Assembly: GCA_964605735.1 (NCBI GenBank)
Contig: CAZSDS010000001.1
Location: forward strand, 340,813 to 404,812
From: an uncultured Candidatus Saccharibacteria bacterium
GTDB lineage: Bacteria; Patescibacteriota; Doudnabacteria; UBA920; O2-02-FULL-48-8
DNA length: 64,000 bases
Direction of reading: 5' to 3'
Both the position numbers and the translations under genes were made by a program. The stretch's first letter is position 1. Each line of letters opens with the position of its first letter. Positions 38,404 to 46,388 of the stretch are shown piece by piece. The notes beneath the pieces are model-generated. The model did not search any database and was not told the origin of the DNA. It saw only the letters and a list, made by a program, of their open reading frames with translations.

Positions 38404-39945
38404 ATGCAACAATTACTTTCAAAACTGCTCAACAATTTCACAATGTACCAGGTCGCGCTGTACGCCCTGCGGGGTTTTATTGGCACGGCTGTGGTTTTAA
38501 GCTTATTTGGGGTGCTAGATTACACTTGGTGGCACATAGTCGGCAACCTGATTTTGTTTATAGTATTCTGTGTCGCCAGCAACTACTTGCTGGCAAAACT
38601 GTTTAAAGTCAAGACCAATTACGAATCGCAATTTATTACTGCTGAAATTCTGACTGTAATAGTCGGCCCGCTCAACCCATTTGCCTGGTGGTGGGCAATT
38701 TTCTTGATCTCCTTCCTGGCAATGGCCAGCAAATATGTTTTGGTTTACAAGCAGCGCCACATTTTTAATCCGGCGGCGTTTGGCATATTCGCCTCAGCCC
38801 TGCTTATTGAACAAGGCGCATCCTGGTGGATTGGCGGACGCTACATGTTGCCCTTTGTGATTCTGGGCGGTATTCTGATTCTGCAAAAACTGCGCTGGTT
38901 CCATTTGGCAATTTCATTCCTGCTGACTTATTTTGCGGCGCTGGTCATAACTTTGTTTTTGCAAGGCGCAGACAACAGCATTATCCTTCAGTCGCTGCAG
39001 ACAACAGTGCTGGATTCCGCGCTCATCTTCTTTGTAACCGTTATGCTGATTGAACCTCTGACAGCCCCGCGCAGCACTAATCGCCGCATTGCTTACGGCG
39101 TGATCATCGCCCTCTTTATTATCCTGCACCAAACGTACTGGCCGCCTGAATGGCCAACATACGCTTACAGCTTTGAAACCGGACTTCTCTTTGGGAACCT
39201 GGTCGCTTTCCTGGCAGGCAGAAAAGATGAAAGACAGACCCTGAAGCTGGTTCAGAAAAAGGCTGAAAACTCAGACACCTTCAGCTTCTGGTTTGAACCT
39301 TTGCGCAAATTCGATTTTGTGCCTGGTCAGTACCTGGAATGGATGCTGGTCCATGACAAGCATGACAGCCGCGGAGTCAGAAGATTTTTCACTATTTCCG
39401 CGGCTCCAAGCGAGCAGTACTTGAGGCTGATCACTCGCTTTTATCCAAACCCAAGCACTTACAAACAGGCGTTGATGAACATGAAACCTGGGGATGAAAT
39501 TGTTGTCTCCCGACTTGAAGGTGAATTTGTTCTGCCGAATGAGGCTGGAAAAAAATTAGCTTTCATTGCAGGCGGCGTTGGCATAGCCCCTTTCTTAAGC
39601 TTCTTTAAACACCTGACTGACACAAAACAAAAACGCGACATAGTCATGCTTTATGCAAACAAAACTCCTGGCGACATCGCGTTTGCCGAAGAAATTGACT
39701 CAGCCAAAGCAGTCGGGGTCAAAAACTTCCACGTGGTAACTGAACCGGATTCAAACTGGACCGGCTTATCCGGATTTATAACAGACGATATGGTCAAAGA
39801 ACAGATTCCTGACTGGAAGGATCGAACCTTTTATCTTTCAGGACCTGAACCAATGGTTTTGAGTTACGAAAAACTATTAAAAGGAATTGGACTGCCGTCC
39901 AGCCAAATCAAAAGAGATTTCTTCCCAGGCTACCAACCGCAGTAA
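38404..39945 (+). CDS. polytopic membrane domain fused to FNR-type FAD/NAD(P)-binding reductase domain (membrane oxidoreductase, family uncertain)
   Basis: About 310-aa N-terminal domain with 8-9 hydrophobic segments and an IFNPAAFG motif; C-terminal RRFFTISAAP (RxYS-like FAD site) and GGVGIAPF (NAD(P) site) typical of ferredoxin-NADP reductase-like domains. TATAAT 6 nt upstream of the ATG and no SD. The upstream extension to 38224, which overlaps rpmB, is rejected. Confidence 0.7.
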   Translation: MQQLLSKLLNNFTMYQVALYALRGFIGTAVVLSLFGVLDYTWWHIVGNLILFIVFCVASNYLLAKLFKVKTNYESQFITAEILTVIVGPLNPFAWWWAIFLISFLAMASKYVLVYKQRHIFNPAAFGIFASALLIEQGASWWIGGRYMLPFVILGGILILQKLRWFHLAISFLLTYFAALVITLFLQGADNSIILQSLQTTVLDSALIFFVTVMLIEPLTAPRSTNRRIAYGVIIALFIILHQTYWPPEWPTYAYSFETGLLFGNLVAFLAGRKDERQTLKLVQKKAENSDTFSFWFEPLRKFDFVPGQYLEWMLVHDKHDSRGVRRFFTISAAPSEQYLRLITRFYPNPSTYKQALMNMKPGDEIVVSRLEGEFVLPNEAGKKLAFIAGGVGIAPFLSFFKHLTDTKQKRDIVMLYANKTPGDIAFAEEIDSAKAVGVKNFHVVTEPDSNWTGLSGFITDDMVKEQIPDWKDRTFYLSGPEPMVLSYEKLLKGIGLPSSQIKRDFFPGYQPQ

Positions 39946-42426
39946 CTATAATTCGATATTCCAATTTACGTTTCTGTCCAGCAGTTGCAACATCTGGCCT
40001 TGAGGGATCGGCGGGCTGAACAAATAGCCTTGTGCTTTGTCACACTCCCTATCTTTAAGGAAACGAAGCTGGTCATAGCGCTCGACTCCCTCTGCGGTCA
40101 CCAACACCCCCAAACTGCGCGAGAGATTGATCACGGCATTGGCAATTGCCGTGTCTTTTTCTTTCATGGGAATCCCCTTCATGAACGAATGCGAAACTTT
40201 CAAACTGTGAACCGGAAACTTCTTCACGTAATCAAGTGACGAATGGCCAGTGGTGAAATCGTCGATCGCAAATTTTATCCCATCTTTCCTGAGCTGAACC
40301 ATCATGTTGTAAAGGTTGTGTGAATTCTCCACCAAAACGCTTTCTGTAAGCTCAAATTCCAACCGCTTTGGGTCAAACTCACATTCCGCCAAAATCTTTC
40401 TGATGTTTCTGATCAAATGCCTCTGCCGTAACTGTCTTGCCGACAAATTGACTGACAAATCTAGCATATGGCCGTACCTTTCCCAGGTTTTTACATCCAG
40501 GCATGCCTGGCGCAATACCCACTCGCCGATCGGCTGAATCAGTCCGGTGGTCTCGGCTATTGGGATAAACTCATCCGGGAAAGTCAGGCCAAGCTCCGGG
40601 TGCATCCATCTGATCAAGGCTTCCACCTGCACAATCCTTCCGGTTGGAATGTCGATTTGCGGAATGTAATAAACAAGGAATTCATTGTTCTCCAGTGCCT
40701 TTCGCAAAGTGTTTTCCATGGCCAATTGCTGGAAAGTGGTCGCGTTCATGGATGGGTTGTAGTACTGGAAGTTGTTGCGGCCCATTTCTTTGGCGCGGTA
40801 CAAAGCTGAATCAGCGTTCTTCATAAGCGAAGACACATCGGTCCCGTCATATGGATAAACTGAAATCCCAATGCTTGGCGTGATATAAAGTTCGTGGGTA
40901 TCAAGCCTGAACGCGGGCTTAAGCGCTTCCAGGATTCTGGAGCATGCCTGGCCTATCTCTTCTTCGCGGACAATGCCGCCCAGGATAATGCCGTATTCAT
41001 CTCCGCCAAGACGCGCCAGCATATCCGTATCATCCAAACAGCTGGCCAGCCTTAAACTGACCTCCTGAATCAGCCGGTCGCCAATGGAATGCCCCAGCGA
41101 TTCATTAATCATCTTAAACCGGTCAAGGTCAATTATCATTGTGCCGAACAACTTATCCTGTTTTTCCTCCAGCAGATTCCCTAATCTTTCTGTAAAATAA
41201 TTGCGGTTCGGCAAATCAGTCAGGCTGTCATGATAATGGCTGTATTGGGCTCTTTCTTCTGCAGCTTTCCTTTCAGTTATGTCACGGAAATTGACGACAA
41301 TTGCTTTGACATTGGCATCATGCAAAAGATTTGTGCTGGAAGTTTCCACCCACCTCCAAACACCGTCCGCGTGCCTGATTCGCATTTCATGGACTGTAGT
41401 ATCGCCTGGAGTAGCCAGCAGTTTTGCGAACTCCTCCATGACGTAGTTAATGTCAGCCGGATGGACATAATCAAATCCGTTTCGGGTGCCGAATTCAACG
41501 GTGTCATAACCCAGCACCCGCGTAATGGACGGGCTGGAATAGATAACCGTTCCTTTTGCGTCAATCAGGGCAATAACATCAGAGCTTTTTTCAATCAAAG
41601 CCCGGAATCTGGCTTCATGGCTTTTCAGCTTTTCCTCGGATTTTTTTTCTTCTGTAATATCCCTGATTTCCAAAACCGCACCAACCAGCTCGCCTTCATT
41701 TACTATCGGGCTGGACGAGCACAAACTATAAAAAAACTCGCCATTTTTTCTGATGTAAACACTCTCATGGTCTCTAACCGGTTTCATTTCAGCCAACGCC
41801 CTGTCAACCTTGCATTCATCCTGGGGAAAAGGACTGCCGTCAGGCTTTGTATGGTGAATCACCTCATGCAGACTCTTGCCTCTGACACTATCCAATGAAT
41901 GCCCAATCATTTTCTCCGCCGCCGGATTCATAAACGTGACGCAATTTTTGGCATCCATCAAAAACAAGCCGACAGTGGTGTTGTCAGTTATGCTTTTAAT
42001 TAAATAATTTTGGTGTTCCAGGGAAGAAATTTCCCTGACAGTGTCAGTAACGTCAATGCAGGAACCAATATACCCCACGAACTCTCCTCCTGGCAGGTAA
42101 AGTGGCGAACCGTTTTCCATAAACCAGCGGTAGCGTCCATCATGGCGGCGCAGGCGGTACTTCAACCCAAATTCTTTCCTTCGATCAAAATTTTCCGTAT
42201 AAACCTTCAAACACCTTTCCACGTCTTCCGGATACATGCTGTCCACCCATCCGTAGCCAAGTTCCTGCTCCATTTCCCTGCCGGTGAACTCAAGCCAGCG
42301 CTTGTTGAAGAACGTGCAATTTTTGCTTGTGTCAGACATCCAGACCAAAACCGGAGCACTGTCAGCCATCGCCTGGAAAAGCGAGAGCGCATCAGATAAT
42401 TTTTGTTTCTGCAGTTCTTTATTCAT
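39946..42426 (-). CDS. PAS-PAS-PAS-GGDEF-EAL signalling protein (c-di-GMP cyclase/phosphodiesterase)
   Basis: 826 aa; three PAS repeats, GGDEF domain (RLGGDEYG variant), EAL domain (EFELTE, DDFTTG, sensor-type motifs). Its stop codon directly abuts the stop of the convergent 38404 gene. Confidence 0.9.
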   Translation of the reverse strand: MNKELQKQKLSDALSLFQAMADSAPVLVWMSDTSKNCTFFNKRWLEFTGREMEQELGYGWVDSMYPEDVERCLKVYTENFDRRKEFGLKYRLRRHDGRYRWFMENGSPLYLPGGEFVGYIGSCIDVTDTVREISSLEHQNYLIKSITDNTTVGLFLMDAKNCVTFMNPAAEKMIGHSLDSVRGKSLHEVIHHTKPDGSPFPQDECKVDRALAEMKPVRDHESVYIRKNGEFFYSLCSSSPIVNEGELVGAVLEIRDITEEKKSEEKLKSHEARFRALIEKSSDVIALIDAKGTVIYSSPSITRVLGYDTVEFGTRNGFDYVHPADINYVMEEFAKLLATPGDTTVHEMRIRHADGVWRWVETSSTNLLHDANVKAIVVNFRDITERKAAEERAQYSHYHDSLTDLPNRNYFTERLGNLLEEKQDKLFGTMIIDLDRFKMINESLGHSIGDRLIQEVSLRLASCLDDTDMLARLGGDEYGIILGGIVREEEIGQACSRILEALKPAFRLDTHELYITPSIGISVYPYDGTDVSSLMKNADSALYRAKEMGRNNFQYYNPSMNATTFQQLAMENTLRKALENNEFLVYYIPQIDIPTGRIVQVEALIRWMHPELGLTFPDEFIPIAETTGLIQPIGEWVLRQACLDVKTWERYGHMLDLSVNLSARQLRQRHLIRNIRKILAECEFDPKRLEFELTESVLVENSHNLYNMMVQLRKDGIKFAIDDFTTGHSSLDYVKKFPVHSLKVSHSFMKGIPMKEKDTAIANAVINLSRSLGVLVTAEGVERYDQLRFLKDRECDKAQGYLFSPPIPQGQMLQLLDRNVNWNIEL

Positions 42427-42510
42427 GCTAAAGCAATTCTCCTGTGCGTAAATTCACATCATTTATAATAATACCCGCTAATCCCATGCAAACCTTACTG
42501 TACCTTTGCA

Positions 42511-42548
42511 CTAAAAAACTCCCGCATAGCTAAAACGCTTTGGGAGTT
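42511..42548 (-). terminator. rho-independent terminator downstream of mscL
   Basis: aactccc...gggagtt stem with T-run on the minus strand. Confidence 0.55.
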
Positions 42549-42556
42549 TTGTATAA

Positions 42557-42985
42557 TCAGTTTAACTGGGATGTACAAGACGGACAGCGGGTCGCCTGAA
42601 GATTGATCGGAGTGAAACAATATGGGCAACTTTTTGTGTTTGGAGCTGGTTTTGGTTTGTTCCTAAACTTGTTAATCTGCCTGACCATCAGGAATATAAC
42701 AAAAGCTATAATCAGGAAATTAATGGTCGCGTTTATGAACAGCCCGTAGTTGAGGGTGGGGACGCCCGCCTGCTTTGCTTCTGCCAGTGTGCTATAAACT
42801 CCGCTCCCGAGATTAAAAAACAAATTGCTAAAATCCACCTTTCCAACAATTACCCCAAGCGGCGGCATGACCACATCATTAACCAGCGAATCCACAATTT
42901 TCCCGAATGCCGCACCGATTATGACACCTACAGCCAAATCAATGGCATTTCCTTTTACGGCAAATTCTTTAAATTCTTTCAGCAT
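42557..42985 (-). CDS. mscL: large-conductance mechanosensitive channel MscL with C-terminal CxxC-x12-CxxC tail
   Basis: [31 protein letters not shown] is the canonical MscL N-terminus/TM1; C-terminus [21 protein letters not shown]; SD AAGGAG 5 nt upstream. Confidence 0.9.
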   Translation of the reverse strand: MLKEFKEFAVKGNAIDLAVGVIIGAAFGKIVDSLVNDVVMPPLGVIVGKVDFSNLFFNLGSGVYSTLAEAKQAGVPTLNYGLFINATINFLIIAFVIFLMVRQINKFRNKPKPAPNTKSCPYCFTPINLQATRCPSCTSQLN

Positions 42986-43042
42986 ATAAACTCCTTAATA
43001 TCCCAACCATTTTAACCTGTTTTGTTTGAGGTGGCAACGGCA

Positions 43043-43082
43043 GAAAACAAAAACTGCCAGACAAATAGTCAGGCAGTTCCCG
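43043..43082 (-). terminator. terminator downstream of the DUF4383-like gene
   Basis: ctgccagac/gtcaggcag imperfect stem followed by T-run on the minus strand. Confidence 0.5.
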
Positions 43083-43111
43083 CGAATGCAGTGTCTCAGT
43101 GTCTAAAGTAG

Positions 43112-43510
43112 TTAGAACCGCGGACCTGTGCCCATGTTTGTGGTGTTCATAGGCGCTGGTGCAGAAGATTTGCTGGCAAAGCCTGCATAAAGCAGCAACA
43201 GAGTCAAGCCAACGTGCAACCAGTTATCCGCGTTGTTGATCTCCATCAAACCAAGCAGTTTCTCATCCGTGCCCGTGATAAAGCCGAGCACGGCCACTAA
43301 CAAATAAATCACACCGAATATCCTGGCGTAGGTTCTTGCTGAGGATTCGCCCATTGCAGCCATAGCCAAAGCTACAAGCCCTGAAAGCAAGTGGACGATG
43401 TTGTGGACTGCGTCAACTTCAAAGATCCCAAGAACCGGGTCATTGAAGAATCCCAAAACACCAACCACCACAAAAACCACACCCAAGATCATTACGATTG
43501 TTTTTGCCAT
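43112..43510 (-). CDS. DUF4383-like small membrane protein (4 TM)
   Basis: 132 aa; MAKTIVMILGVVFVVVGVLGFF...NIVHLLSG pattern typical of the DUF4383 family (assignment from memory of the family signature). Confidence 0.6.
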   Translation of the reverse strand: MAKTIVMILGVVFVVVGVLGFFNDPVLGIFEVDAVHNIVHLLSGLVALAMAAMGESSARTYARIFGVIYLLVAVLGFITGTDEKLLGLMEINNADNWLHVGLTLLLLYAGFASKSSAPAPMNTTNMGTGPRF

Positions 43511-43659
43511 ATTTTTCTAAATTAGTTTAGTAAATACGACCTTTAATGCTTATATTCAGTATATCTGAGAATAAAACGCCAGCAAATCTTTTATCCACAG
43601 CTAGACTGGATACGTTATTATTGTCGAACGCGAGCTAAAAACTGGCAATTAGCAATTTA

Positions 43660-43700
43660 AACAAAATAAAAAGCCCGCGGGTGAAAGATCCGTGGGCTAT
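43660..43700 (-). terminator. terminator downstream of coiled-coil gene
   Basis: agcccgcgg...ccgtgggct stem followed by T-rich run on the minus strand. Confidence 0.5.
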
Positions 43701-43705
43701 GTCTC

Positions 43706-43966
43706 TTACGCGGTGCTTGTGCGTCTTGCCTGGCTGAGCGCAGTCAGTCTGGCAAGTATCTCCTGGGAGCGTTTTTGGTCGCTTTCCTTGAGGTTCCGGA
43801 GACGCTCAATATCAACCTGGTTCGTGGCCTGGAGGTCGCTGATGCGCGACTCCAAGTGAGTTCTGTAATTCTTGGGAAGACCATCCTTTTTGGCTTTCTC
43901 CAGCTGGCGCTGAAGTTTTTGAATTTCCCTGGTGCGATCTTCAATCGCATGCTCAAGCCGCGGCAT
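43706..43966 (-). CDS. hypothetical coiled-coil protein
   Basis: 86 aa, heptad-rich (LQRQLEKAKK..., ERLRNLKESDQKRSQEIL); SD AAGGAGG 7 nt upstream of ATG. Confidence 0.55.
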   Translation of the reverse strand: MPRLEHAIEDRTREIQKLQRQLEKAKKDGLPKNYRTHLESRISDLQATNQVDIERLRNLKESDQKRSQEILARLTALSQARRTSTA

Positions 43967-44226
43967 AAGCTTTCCTCCTTTCTGTAACGTTGTGTGGATC
44001 TATCCATCAAAAAACCGACCATCTGGCCGGGTCTTCATAGGATCTGTTTCTATCTGGAACTTACCTTTTCCTATTTGAACCCGCGCGGACAGGGACCATG
44101 GCAAAGTAGCCGAGGACCATGCGAATAGTCCAGGTGCACTTGGCAATGAGTTGGTTCAAATGAAGAAAATTCATATGTGTTGTTAACACCTCTGCAATTA
44201 TATCATCTGGCAAATAACCGGGTCAA

Positions 44227-44258
44227 ATTGCCAATAAAAAAGCTGACGATAACCGTCT
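44227..44258 (-). terminator. rho-independent terminator downstream of the Cys-rich small ORF
   Basis: gctgacga-taaccgtc-tcgtcagc followed on the minus strand by TTTTTT. Confidence 0.65.
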
Positions 44259-44277
44259 CGTCAGCAAAATAGTTTGA

Positions 44278-44472
44278 TCAGTCTCCCCAGGACCACAGTG
44301 GCCTGCATTTTCCCGGATCAGGGTGCAAAAAAAGCATGCAGCAGGGCCCCAGGGCGAGCACATGGGGATAAGCCACCAGCCCGCAGGAACAACACCTAAC
44401 CTTCCCGTCCTTGGTAGGTGCAGTTTTTTCATGCGTCCCAATCGCAGTTCCCGAAATCTGATCAGTCTTCAT
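44278..44472 (-). CDS. candidate small Cys/His-rich protein (64 aa)
   Basis: AAGGAGG with 5-nt spacer before ATG (44470-44472): MKTDQISGTAIGTHEKTAPTKDGKVRCCSCGLVAYPHVLALGPCCMLFLHPDPGKCRPLWSWGD; 6 Cys; GC-rich codons; dedicated terminator. Confidence 0.45.
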   Translation of the reverse strand: MKTDQISGTAIGTHEKTAPTKDGKVRCCSCGLVAYPHVLALGPCCMLFLHPDPGKCRPLWSWGD

Positions 44473-44659
44473 TCTACCCTCCTTAACAAACAAAAAACCG
44501 GCTTTTGGCCGGACTGTTCAATGTGCACTTGGCAACAGAAAATCAGCCGACCTTAGTCGGTAAAATAAAACCAGAAATGATTCTGAGAAATAACTGATTT
44601 CATGTTGCTCTAATTATACATGAAGCAAATAAATCCAGTCAATCTTTGCGTTGGCAAGA

Positions 44660-44690
44660 AAAAGACCAAGCCAGGGCTTGGTCTGAAAGG
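44660..44690 (-). terminator. strong hairpin + T-run about 220 nt downstream of parB
   Basis: agaccaagcc-agg-ggcttggtct perfect 10-bp stem followed by TTTTCTTG on the minus strand. Confidence 0.55.
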
Positions 44691-44910
44691 AAGATGCGCG
44701 GGGCATCAGTAGTCGTCGCCACCCGCGAGGGTGAGAGGCTTTTTAGCCGGGAGCTTTGGTTCGTCTGCCGGTGCAACTGGCGGGACGGGTTTCTGCTGCG
44801 GCTGTTCGTCCGCCGACTGAGGAACCTGATCCGCCCTGTCTTCATGCCTTGGGTTCAAGGCATGGAGAAAAGAAGCATGATACATTGCTTACCCCCTTGA
44901 TTGAGCCATT

Positions 44911-45876
44911 CTACTCGAGTTTGTGCATCTTGTCCAGGAAGGAATTCAGCTCTTCCTGGGAGAAAAATTCGATGGTAATTTTACCTGACTCTCCATTCTT
45001 TTGAACGCGAACCTTGGTCCCTAATTTCCCCCGCAATTCAGATTCAATAGCCTGCAGTTCAGGGTCGGAGTTGGGGCGCTGACCTTTAATTTGCTTAGGC
45101 CTTTCCATGATCTCACGAACCCGGTCCTCCACTTGCCTGACTGTCAGGTTCTCTGCTTTTATCATGTCGAACATAGCCAGCTGTTTTTCCATCCCAATCA
45201 ATCCCAAGATGGCCCGGCCGTGTCCTTCGCTGATCTCTGCTTCCGCAATTGCCCTCTGAATTTTCAATGGCAAATTCAGCAAACGAATCATGTTTGTGAC
45301 TGTGGTGCGGCCTTTACCGACTTTCTTGGCAACTTCTTCTTGAGTAAGTTTATACTGGTCAATCAACTGCTGGTAAGCCTGGGCCTCTTCAATCGGATCC
45401 AGGTTATGACGCTGTATGTTTTCGATCAACGCAAGCTCGAGCTTCTGCTGTTCTTCCATTGCATCGCGGACAATTGCCGGGACTTTTGTCAGGCCGGCTA
45501 ATTGCGAAGCGCGCCAGCGCCGTTCACCCACAATGATCTGGTAATTGTCGTCTTTGGTTGGAACAACTACAAGCGGCTGTAAAATGCCATGCTCTTTGAT
45601 GGAATTAGCCAGCTCCTGCAAATATTCTTCTTTGAAAACTTTGCGGGGCTGCCATGGATTTGGCTGGATCTTACTGACTTCAATTTCAGTAAGATTCTGG
45701 CCGGCTGGAGAGGCTGGCTGTGGAGTTGTCGCTGGCTGGTGGATTGGCTCAGGTGAGCTGATTGTCGGTGTTGGGGCAGGAGTTGTGCTTTGTGTTTCGT
45801 CCATATTAAGAGAGCCTTTTAGGCTTTGATAAGGCTGTAATTCTAAATCATCTTGTAAATCACTGGCGTCTGGCAT
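44911..45876 (-). CDS. parB: ParB/Spo0J-family partition protein with P/T-rich N-terminal extension (no adjacent parA)
   Basis: ParB N-domain motif VGERRWRA, HTH region and C-terminal dimerisation region; the first ~80 aa are low-complexity P/T/S-rich. Confidence 0.85.
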   Translation of the reverse strand: MPDASDLQDDLELQPYQSLKGSLNMDETQSTTPAPTPTISSPEPIHQPATTPQPASPAGQNLTEIEVSKIQPNPWQPRKVFKEEYLQELANSIKEHGILQPLVVVPTKDDNYQIIVGERRWRASQLAGLTKVPAIVRDAMEEQQKLELALIENIQRHNLDPIEEAQAYQQLIDQYKLTQEEVAKKVGKGRTTVTNMIRLLNLPLKIQRAIAEAEISEGHGRAILGLIGMEKQLAMFDMIKAENLTVRQVEDRVREIMERPKQIKGQRPNSDPELQAIESELRGKLGTKVRVQKNGESGKITIEFFSQEELNSFLDKMHKLE

Positions 45877-46096
45877 AAACTTTCCATCCGTTCTATATGC
45901 AAAAATTCTATCAGAATATTAGTAGTTGGACAAATAAATAAAAATTCTAAGACAATAGACCTTTTGCCATCGCCGTAACGATTTGTCCTGAAGGAGGCTG
46001 TCGCAGTCCGCCAGAAGGCGGACGAGACGGAGCAGAAAATTTAACGCGAGTTAAATTTTACTGCGTACTCCTGAAGGGTAAATCGTGCAGGCGTCA

Positions 46097-46130
46097 AAAA
46101 AAAGTACCCTTAGGTACTTGGAATTTTTTT
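46097..46130. terminator. bidirectional hairpin with flanking A8/T7 runs
   Basis: aagtacc-ctta-ggtactt stem; aaaaaaaa upstream and ttttttt downstream. Confidence 0.45.
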
Positions 46131-46249
46131 ATTGGTGCCGCTGGACGTTTGATCGGCGTTCGGTGTCGTCCTGTGTTAATAATCAAAATCTATTTGCAAA
46201 TCCATCAGGACTAACCTCACTTCTGCCCGTTCGATCATTTTTATTGCAC

Positions 46250-46287
46250 CAAAAAAACATCCAATTCGGATGCTTTAGATGTTTTTT
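46250..46287 (-). terminator. terminator immediately 3' of tRNA-Leu
   Basis: aaaaaaacatc...gatgttttttt 11-bp inverted repeat directly after the tRNA CCA end. Confidence 0.65.
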
Positions 46288-46374
46288 TGGTGCCGCTGGA
46301 CGGAGTCGAACCGTCATGAGCGTAAGCCCACACGATTTTGAGTCGTGCGTGTCTGCCAGTTCCACCACAGCGGC
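46288..46374 (-). tRNA. tRNA-Leu (anticodon CAA), 87 nt with encoded CCA
   Basis: Minus-strand sequence GCCGCTG...CAGCGGCACCA folds as a cloverleaf: 7-bp acceptor stem, anticodon loop CTCAAAA, long variable arm, T-arm GGTTCGACTCC. Confidence 0.9.
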
Positions 46375-46388
46375 ATTACCGACATATT

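Noticed and set aside
44223-44556. Alternative ORFs 44223..44441 (-) and 44323..44556 (+) overlapping the Cys-rich small ORF
   Set aside because: Neither has an SD. The minus-strand one runs through the terminator hairpin at 44233-44256. The frame with the AAGGAGG-ATG start (44278..44472) is the only one with translation signals.
44000-44640. Possible RNase P RNA / tmRNA / SRP RNA in the GC-rich non-coding island
   Set aside because: I looked for the conserved blocks (RNase P GGAAAGUCCGGGCUCC and ACAGAANCCGGCUUA; tmRNA 5' GGGG...UUCGAC and tRNA-like 3' end). Only a short AGUCCGG and GGCUUAU coincidence was present, in the wrong context and spacing. Not supported.
44639-44900. Track ORFs 44639..44845 (-) and 44646..44900 (+) in the parB 3' region
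   Set aside because: No SD. The minus-strand ORF reads straight through the perfect hairpin + T-run terminator at 44660-44690, and the two overlap each other antisense. I also hand-tested a third frame starting at ATG 44884-44886 with an AGGGGG SD and found it stops after 14 codons. The region is treated as non-coding.
45877-46100. parS site near parB
   Set aside because: Scanned the parB flanks and the gene for the TGTTNCACGTGAAACA consensus and its half-sites; no convincing match seen by eye. Not reported as a feature.
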